From the NCBI GenBank assembly GCA_029855935.1, contig JAGSHN010000004.1, positions 32,001 through 96,000 of the forward strand: a stretch of DNA of 64,000 bases, given 5' to 3'. The number at the start of each line of letters is the position of its first letter. Positions within the stretch are counted from its first letter, which is position 1. Source of the stretch: Candidatus Thorarchaeota archaeon (lineage in GTDB: Archaea > Asgardarchaeota > Thorarchaeia > Thorarchaeales > Thorarchaeaceae). The position numbers and the translations under genes are program-made. The notes under the pieces were generated by a model. The model did not search any database and was not told the DNA's origin. It was given only the letters and a program-made list of their open reading frames with translations. Shown piece after piece: positions 58,327 through 64,000 of the stretch.

Positions 58327-58332
58327 TGTAGA

Positions 58333-58749
58333 GTGAGTCCCGTGCCCATCAGAGTTGTTGTGGACACGAACTTCCTCACAGTCCCGTCCCAGTTTGGGCT
58401 GGATGTCTTTGTTGAAACAGAACGCCTCCTCGAGAGATCTGTCGAGTTCCTTGTGCTGGAATCGGTCAAGAGGGAGGTTGACCATAAGATTGCACGTAGC
58501 GGTCCGGGAGAGGCACGCCACTTTAGAGTGGCAAAGCACCTAATGAGAGAGAGATGCACAATTGTGCCCGTGCCAGCTGACCTCGTGCGGTGGCCTGTTG
58601 ATGACCAGCTGATAGAGTTCGCACATCGAAACGGTGCTGTGCTAGCAACGAACGATAGACATCTGAGGAAACGCGCTAGGGAGATAGGAGTCCCCGTGCT
58701 CTTGCTCAGGGGGAGAAGACGGCTCTGGTTAGAGGGGGATATGCCATAG
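58333..58749 (+). CDS. PIN-domain protein (Fcf1/Utp24-like)
   Basis: VVVDTNFL, VDD, LATNDRHLR; conserved position after aIF2 gamma. Confidence 0.9.
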   Translation: MSPVPIRVVVDTNFLTVPSQFGLDVFVETERLLERSVEFLVLESVKREVDHKIARSGPGEARHFRVAKHLMRERCTIVPVPADLVRWPVDDQLIEFAHRNGAVLATNDRHLRKRAREIGVPVLLLRGRRRLWLEGDMP

Positions 58750-58789
58750 CTTGACGAGGAGAAAATGGTGACACAGAAGTGGCAATGTC

Positions 58790-58802
58790 ACAACGTTTTT
58801 AT
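58790..58802 (+). promoter_or_regulatory. BRE/TATA promoter candidate for rpo7-spt4
   Basis: ACAACG-TTTTTAT, preceded by a GTGACA/TGTCAC inverted repeat. Confidence 0.5.
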
Positions 58803-58939
58803 GGTGACTCACTCGTTGCTGCGCTGAGCCGCCGGGTCAGTACCATGGTAGTATGATGCCTAGGGTCTGATTGTTCTAAGAACAAATCTGGTAGAGAAGA
58901 GAGCAACAGACGTGGATATCGCACAAGGAGGTTCCACCG

Positions 58940-59539
58940 ATTTACTCAGTCGTCACGGTAAAGGACATCGTTAGAATTCCCCCATCTCAGTTTGGCCAGC
59001 CCCTGGAGGAGGCAGCCATAGTACATCTGAGGAAGAATCACGAGAACGTCTTGGATCGTGACATCGGCCTGATGATAGCAGTGATTGGAATAGATGAGAT
59101 TGGGCAAGGGAAACTCGTCCCCGGAGATGGAGCCACATATCACTCGGTAACGTACAGGGTGCTGGCATTCAAGCCTATCCGAGGCGAGGTTGTGGAGGGC
59201 AATGTTGTCGAGATAATGGACTTCGGGGCGTTCATACGCATAGGTCCTCTTGATGGCCTATGTCACGTCAGCCAAATCTGCGACGACTTTATCACCCAAG
59301 ATCCAAAGGGTAACTCTCTGATGGGTAAGGAAACCGGGCGTGTATTACAGGAGGGAGACCAGGTCCGTGCGAGAATCACCACAATACGCTTTGACACGGG
59401 CGGTAGATCTGGAAAGCTCGGGCTGACTATGAGGCAGCCTTTCTTGGGCAAGATTGGCCCAGATGTGTCTTGGATTGAGGAAGATGTCAAGAAGGCCCGC
59501 GGCGAGTCAGCGAAGAAATCTGAGAAGAAGGAGGGGTAG
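58940..59539 (+). CDS. rpo7: RNA polymerase subunit Rpo7 (RpoE'), apparent ATT start
   Basis: Frame continues upstream of the tracked start as IYSVVTVKDIVRIPPSQFG; GGAGGT 7 nt before ATT; GDGA.YH, S1 domain, LTMRQPFLG. Confidence 0.95.
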   Translation: MYSVVTVKDIVRIPPSQFGQPLEEAAIVHLRKNHENVLDRDIGLMIAVIGIDEIGQGKLVPGDGATYHSVTYRVLAFKPIRGEVVEGNVVEIMDFGAFIRIGPLDGLCHVSQICDDFITQDPKGNSLMGKETGRVLQEGDQVRARITTIRFDTGGRSGKLGLTMRQPFLGKIGPDVSWIEEDVKKARGESAKKSEKKEG

Positions 59540-59545
59540 TAACAT

Positions 59546-59758
59546 ATGCCACGGCTACGTGCATGTAGACAATGTCACTATCTCACCACAGAGAACATCT
59601 GTCCAAACTGTGGGAGTACAAACCTCTCGTCATCATTCACGGGTATCGTGGTGATTCTCCCTGGACGCGACCCTCACGAGGATCCGCGAAAGACCTCGTA
59701 CATTGCGGAACGACTGAACATAGACAAGCCCGGCAAGTACGCTCTCAAGGTGCGGTAG
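59546..59758 (+). CDS. spt4: transcription elongation factor Spt4 (RpoE'')
   Basis: RACRQCHY...CPNCGS, SYIAERLNI.KPGKYALKV. Confidence 0.95.
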   Translation: MPRLRACRQCHYLTTENICPNCGSTNLSSSFTGIVVILPGRDPHEDPRKTSYIAERLNIDKPGKYALKVR

Positions 59759-59899
59759 GACCTCATCATCCTGCGCGACTCTTGTCCAAAGTCACTTACC
59801 CCACCTTCTACCCTGCAGCATCGTTTCACTGAAAGCTTTATTAGACAACCGCGGGTCGGGGGGCTGACTCGCCCTGAATGTCCGATAGAATCAGAGTGA

Positions 59900-60202
59900 T
59901 TGACGATGAAGATTGAGATCCTTCGTGAGAGAGCTAATAAGCCGCTTCGAAGAAAGGAGGTTGAGTTCAGGATAGATCACATTGGCGGAACAACTCCTAG
60001 CCGCCCTGACGTGAGAAACAAGATTGCGGCCAAGTTCGATGCCGACCCCGAAACCGTCGTCGTCAAGATTCTCAAGACTGTATACGGAGCAGGGATAACG
60101 CATGGACGGGCTCACATATACGAGAACAAGTCCGATGTGCGAACGATAGAACACGAGTATCTACTCAAGAGACACGAGAAGAAGGAAGAGGCGGGGGCCT
60201 GA
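59900..60202 (+). CDS. rps24e: 30S ribosomal protein eS24
   Basis: N.PLRRKEV, TPSR.DVR, TVYG.G...G.AHIY. Confidence 0.96.
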   Translation: MTMKIEILRERANKPLRRKEVEFRIDHIGGTTPSRPDVRNKIAAKFDADPETVVVKILKTVYGAGITHGRAHIYENKSDVRTIEHEYLLKRHEKKEEAGA

Positions 60203-60206
60203 GTGA

Positions 60207-60365
60207 ATGGCAAGCACGTACAAACTCTATAAGGTCGACAAGAGCGGAAAGGTCACACCTCTACGCAAGCAGTGTCCTAGGTGCGAGAAGGGGACGTATA
60301 TGGCGGAACACTTCAACCGGTTCTCGTGCGGGCGATGTGGCTACACGGAGTTCAAACGCAAGTAG
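60207..60365 (+). CDS. rps27ae: 30S ribosomal protein eS31 (S27ae)
   Basis: Not in the ORF track; [52 protein letters not shown]. Confidence 0.96.
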   Translation: MASTYKLYKVDKSGKVTPLRKQCPRCEKGTYMAEHFNRFSCGRCGYTEFKRK

Positions 60366-60372
60366 AGTGAGA

Positions 60373-60672
60373 TCATTCGACAAGCACAGCGGCCATCCAG
60401 CGGACGAGCAGAAGCATACTGACTACGAGCCACACAGAGATACAGATCAGAGTGGCTCCGGGTAACCACCCCTCGACGGCCATTGCTAGGACTATGGCCA
60501 ATGGCAGAGTGATGATATGAGGGAGAAATGCGACTGTGAGAGAAACTATCTCACAGGACGACATCGCGGCAATTGTGGATATCATCCAGATACAGAGTAT
60601 GCCCACCAACAGAGTTGCTTCAATCATATGGAGTTTCACCGAGCCATCCTGCATGTCATAATCGTATTTCAC
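60373..60672 (-). CDS. small membrane protein (about 3 TM)
   Basis: Mostly hydrophobic 99-aa ORF. Confidence 0.55.
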   Translation of the reverse strand: MKYDYDMQDGSVKLHMIEATLLVGILCIWMISTIAAMSSCEIVSLTVAFLPHIITLPLAIVLAMAVEGWLPGATLICISVWLVVSMLLLVRWMAAVLVE

Positions 60673-60926
60673 CAGTGGTGTGAAGTAGCCGAGATCAATA
60701 TCCCGCGACGCTGATTCCGGCGGAGGGCGGAGAGTGTCGCGGTCGCCTACTACCCAGTCCTACTCGTTCTGTAGGACAATCTATAGTTTCCGTCCAGGCC
60801 ATATATTTTCCACACGCTGGCGCTGTGCTCGCGCTGGGGGAGAAGCAGCAATGGCTCTGGTGACAAGGGCGTGCAGACCGGGATGCTATGATGAACCGTT
60901 GGTCGGGCAGAAACGCTCTGTAATAT

Positions 60927-60940
60927 GAAAAGCCTTAAAA
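60927..60940 (+). promoter_or_regulatory. BRE/TATA promoter candidate for tRNA-iMet
   Basis: GAAAAGCC-TTAAAA 24 nt upstream of the tRNA. Confidence 0.6.
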
Positions 60941-60963
60941 CCCCTCTGGCGAGAATTTCATAC

Positions 60964-61073
60964 AGCGGGTTGGGGAAGCCAGGGATTGGCGGACCTGCTC
61001 CGCAATCGACTAAGTCTATCCCGCGGGGCTCATAACCCCGAGATCGGTTGTTCAAATCAACCACCCGCTACCA
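60964..61073 (+). tRNA. initiator tRNA-Met(CAT) with a ~31-nt D-loop intron (about 60983..61013)
   Basis: A1-U72 (AGCGGGT/ACCCGCT); CGGGG-CTCATAA-CCCCG anticodon arm; insertion between D-stem halves GGGA and TCCC. Confidence 0.9.
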
Positions 61074-61091
61074 TTCTCTCTCTTTATTGTC

Positions 61092-61418
61092 CTACTTTTT
61101 CAAGGAGGGCTCTGTGTCCTCTTGACCGTGACCAATGACAAGCGGACGGCCCTCAATGAGCGACTGAACGACCTTCCGTCTGGCGGTCATCAAGAGACGC
61201 CATATCGTTCCGCGAGATAGACCCATTGCCATTCCTGCCTGCTCCTGATACAGCCCCTCAAGATCAATAAGACGAAGGGCCTCTACCTCCGCCAAGTCGA
61301 GATGGATGGGGCGTGAGTCAATCTGAGGATCGGGTATCAGGCGCCTGACACGAGGGTGACACTCTATGTGAGGCTGAATCGGAAAACGTCCGCGGGACCC
61401 TCGTCGTCTTCTGTGCAA
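61092..61418 (-). CDS. DUF134 HTH protein
   Basis: EVEALRLIDLEGLYQEQAG..MGLSRGTIWRLL..ARRKV. Confidence 0.92.
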   Translation of the reverse strand: MHRRRRGSRGRFPIQPHIECHPRVRRLIPDPQIDSRPIHLDLAEVEALRLIDLEGLYQEQAGMAMGLSRGTIWRLLMTARRKVVQSLIEGRPLVIGHGQEDTEPSLKK

Positions 61419-61500
61419 GGTATGCCACCACCAATAACACGACGTTCGCCGAGGCTTAAGACGTTACCGAAGCCACGTGCCAGATTGCAATCATTTATAA

Positions 61501-61514
61501 TGTGCGTATGCACA
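61501..61514. promoter_or_regulatory. palindromic operator candidate next to a TATA box
   Basis: TGTGC-GTAT-GCACA immediately 3' of TTTATAA (61494-61500), between divergent genes. Confidence 0.5.
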
Positions 61515-61524
61515 GAATTATCTG

Positions 61525-61860
61525 GTGATTGATGTGAGCTGGAGATGGTATGGATACGGAAGAGGTAACAGAGGTGCAGGCAGTGGCCTGTGGCCAGGAA
61601 ACGGCCCGTTCCGGAATCTGCCACCTTGGCAGAGACCAGGATGGCTCTATGGTCCGGGATCATGCTGGGCCCTAGGTCTGTTGCCAACGGGCACCGGACC
61701 GACCCCTCCGGCGTGGCCTGTGGGGGCAGCAACTGAGGCGGAGATACTCAGCAGGCAGAAAGACCTGCTGGAGCAGCAGCTCTCAGTCATGAGAAACACC
61801 ATAGACCAAATATCCAAGCGCCTTGAGGAACTTGAGCGTGAGTCTGCGGAGCGTCAATGA
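61525..61860 (+). CDS. DUF5320-like Gly/Trp/Pro-rich protein with C-terminal coiled coil
   Basis: WPGNGPFRNLPPWQRPGW; E.EILSRQKDLLEQQL...ISKRLEELE. Confidence 0.75.
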   Translation: MIDVSWRWYGYGRGNRGAGSGLWPGNGPFRNLPPWQRPGWLYGPGSCWALGLLPTGTGPTPPAWPVGAATEAEILSRQKDLLEQQLSVMRNTIDQISKRLEELERESAERQ

Positions 61861-62744
61861 CGACCGCGGGCTCTTTCTATTTCTGTCAACAGTTCTACGA
61901 CTCGATTCCACATAGAACGCAGTGTCTGAGTAATCCCGCTCCCGGGAGCGTATTCCGGCAACGTCCTCGCTTGGACCATCGATTCGGTCATTATCGGGTT
62001 GAAGGGGATTCGCCCCAGTATCTCAATTCCCTGCTCACGACAGTACTCTTCAATCTCTTCGCTCTTGCTTGGGTTCAAATCGTATTTGTTGAGTATCACA
62101 AGAGGGGTAACACGGAATCTCGCCATCAGGTCAAGTACCCGTTCCATATCATGAATCCCCGACACAGTAGGTTCTGTCACAACAATACCCAGACGAGCAC
62201 CCGTGAGAGTCGCAATCACTGGACACCCAACACCCGGAGAACCATCTATCAGAACCTTTTCCAGTCCCGACGTCTGCGCGAGGCGGAGAGCGCGCTTGCG
62301 TACCTCTGTCACAAGCTTCCCGGAGTTCCCCTCGCCGGGATGTAGGCGGGCGTGTGACATGGGGCCAAATCGCGTCTGAGATTCGTAGGTCATACCAGAC
62401 ACCTTGTCCTCTAGCCGGATTGCACCAGTGGGGCAGACATACTCACACACTCCGCACCCTTCGCATGCGATGGTGTCAATATGCGGAGGATAGGCCGCAC
62501 CATACCGGCAATGCGTTACACATAGACCACAATCTGTACACAGGTCGGGATCAATCACTGCCACCTTTGAAGCGATGAAGTCCTCTTTCTTGTTGATGGT
62601 AGGATGTAGCAGGATATGCAGGTCGGAGGCGTCCACATCACAGTCCGCCAAGACAAGTGGCGCACCAATTGCTGCAAAGGATGCTGCTATGGTGGTCTTA
62701 CCAGTTCCACCTTTGCCACTCACAACCGCAATCTCGTGAATCAA
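61854..62744 (-). CDS. MinD-superfamily P-loop ATPase with inserted 2x[4Fe-4S] ferredoxin (COG1149)
   Basis: SGKGGTGKT, DCDVDA, CTDCGLC...C and CEGCGVC...CP, DGSPGVGCPV. Confidence 0.92.
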   Translation of the reverse strand: MIHEIAVVSGKGGTGKTTIAASFAAIGAPLVLADCDVDASDLHILLHPTINKKEDFIASKVAVIDPDLCTDCGLCVTHCRYGAAYPPHIDTIACEGCGVCEYVCPTGAIRLEDKVSGMTYESQTRFGPMSHARLHPGEGNSGKLVTEVRKRALRLAQTSGLEKVLIDGSPGVGCPVIATLTGARLGIVVTEPTVSGIHDMERVLDLMARFRVTPLVILNKYDLNPSKSEEIEEYCREQGIEILGRIPFNPIMTESMVQARTLPEYAPGSGITQTLRSMWNRVVELLTEIERARGRH

Positions 62745-63580
62745 TGCGAAGACACCTCTTGACGAATGCGTTCGAAGAGATCCACGAATCTCTTCCGCCA
62801 CTCGGGGAGCACCTCTACGAATGGCGTACCACGCGAGTACAGCTCTGCAATTGTACGTTCGAAGGGTATCTCAAGCAAGACAGGAATCCCACGTTCATTG
62901 CAGTACTCTCTGACCGAGTCGTCTCCAATGCCGGCCTTGTTGATGATGACACCAAACGGGGTCTCGAGGCCTCTCATTACCTCTACGGCCAACGATAGGT
63001 CGTAAAGCCCGAATGGGGTAGGCTCTGTTACAAGGACTATATAGTCGGAGCCGCGTACGGACTCAATCACCGGACAAGCGGTCCCCGGTGGGGCATCTAT
63101 GATGGCAATCTCCGAGGGATGTATCGCCGCCTTCACGGCCTTGATGACCGATGTGGCAATTGGCTCACCGATGTTCAGGGTTCCGTATACAATCTGATGC
63201 CCCTTTGAGTTGCCCCTGTATAGTCGACCGATAGGCCGAGGCATTTCTGTGATTGCCTTGACTGGGCATACGAGAGCACATCCACCACATGAGTGGCATA
63301 TCTCAGGATAGATCACTACGCCACTTCTCCCCACGAATATGGCATTGAACTGGCAGAAGTCTGCGCATTGCCCGCACCGTGTGCAGACGTCTTGGTCGAC
63401 CACTGGCACTGGGAGCGTGATATCTTCGAAGTCGGTGATATCGGGCCTCAGCATGAGATGAACATTCGGTTCCTCAACATCACAGTCGTAGATGCTCGAT
63501 CCCTCGATGGAGAGGGCCAGATTCACCGCGACCGTTGTCTTGCCGGTCCCACCCTTGCCCGAGGCAACAGAGATTATCAT
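62741..63580 (-). CDS. second COG1149 P-loop ATPase/ferredoxin
   Basis: ASGKGGTGKT, DCDVEEPN, CTRCGQC...C, CHSCGGC...CP, DAPPGTACPV, EPTPFG. Confidence 0.92.
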   Translation of the reverse strand: MIISVASGKGGTGKTTVAVNLALSIEGSSIYDCDVEEPNVHLMLRPDITDFEDITLPVPVVDQDVCTRCGQCADFCQFNAIFVGRSGVVIYPEICHSCGGCALVCPVKAITEMPRPIGRLYRGNSKGHQIVYGTLNIGEPIATSVIKAVKAAIHPSEIAIIDAPPGTACPVIESVRGSDYIVLVTEPTPFGLYDLSLAVEVMRGLETPFGVIINKAGIGDDSVREYCNERGIPVLLEIPFERTIAELYSRGTPFVEVLPEWRKRFVDLFERIRQEVSSH

Positions 63581-63614
63581 TGCTCGGGTCACACTCTCCG
63601 AAATGGAATGTTTC

Positions 63615-63980
63615 TCAATGCCCGTGTGGCTCAGCACAGGCCTCTGTCAGTGGTGCGAGTTCGCCATGGACATACGCTGTGACGGCTTGGTCGGTTTCCG
63701 TGAGGATGGTACGATATACAGCGACTCCGGCCTGCTCAAGTGCACTCAGGCCCCGTGGGCCCATTGAATAGACTATCAACGCATCTGGGCGTAGAGCCAT
63801 TATGTTATCGTGGGTATGACCACGACCACCCAAGTGCTCACTGCGATTGACCGCCACCTGACGATCGACGGTCTCGTCACCATCTACGTCAAAGATAGCA
63901 AGATATGGAGCGCGACCAAAATGCATTGCGACCTGCTTGCCTGATGCATCTTCTGCTGGAATCACCACTCTCCGGACCAC
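63615..63980 (-). CDS. NifB/NifX-family metal-cluster-binding protein
   Basis: HFGRAPY, MGPRG...L.QAGV.VY. Confidence 0.9.
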   Translation of the reverse strand: MVRRVVIPAEDASGKQVAMHFGRAPYLAIFDVDGDETVDRQVAVNRSEHLGGRGHTHDNIMALRPDALIVYSMGPRGLSALEQAGVAVYRTILTETDQAVTAYVHGELAPLTEACAEPHGH

Positions 63981-64000
63981 TGATCACCAGCCTCCACCGT

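Noticed and set aside
60850-60915. Possible C/D box sRNA (ATGATGA at 60888-94, CAGA 13 nt later)
   Set aside because: No convincing C, D', C', D set and no target I can identify
1-64000. CRISPR arrays, IS elements, tRNA-integrated islands, Sec/Pyl read-through genes
   Set aside because: No regular repeat-spacer pattern, transposase, integrase, duplicated tRNA 3' end or conserved ORF crossing an in-frame TGA/TAG was seen by eye

Overview
Gene-dense (~55-57% GC, by eye) archaeal core-genome window with no CRISPR array, integrase or transposase. The mix of eS30, a TFE-beta/RPC34 homologue, SmAP3, CdrS-FtsZ2, H4MPT enzymes and Nop5/fibrillarin fits an Asgard (Thorarchaeia-like) or TACK-related archaeon; this assignment is inferred. 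Content: KEOPS (kae1, bud32, pcc1); ribosomal proteins (uS15, uL3/uL4/uL23/uL2, eS30, eS6, eS24, eS31); aIF2-gamma, Rpo7, Spt4, pelota, DnaG and RNase HII; many RNA-modification genes; pyrimidine synthesis; acetate uptake and activation; part of the H4MPT C1 pathway (ftr, fwdC, mch); six tRNAs (three with introns) and a stand-alone 5S rRNA. Two small ribosomal genes (eS30, eS31), the end of a HerA-like gene and the N-terminus of rpo7 are missing from the ORF track and were read directly from the sequence. Most notable: (1) a protease-less, membrane-anchor-less LonB-type AAA+ ATPase with a Zn-finger insert and an aromatic C-terminal tail, encoded between dnaG and pelota; (2) several long, extensively base-paired intergenic elements upstream of dnaG and on both sides of the SmAP3 gene; (3) an apparent ATT start codon in rpo7 and possibly ftr; (4) an initiator tRNA with a D-loop intron; (5) a GAN/Cdc45 orthologue with an eroded nuclease site.
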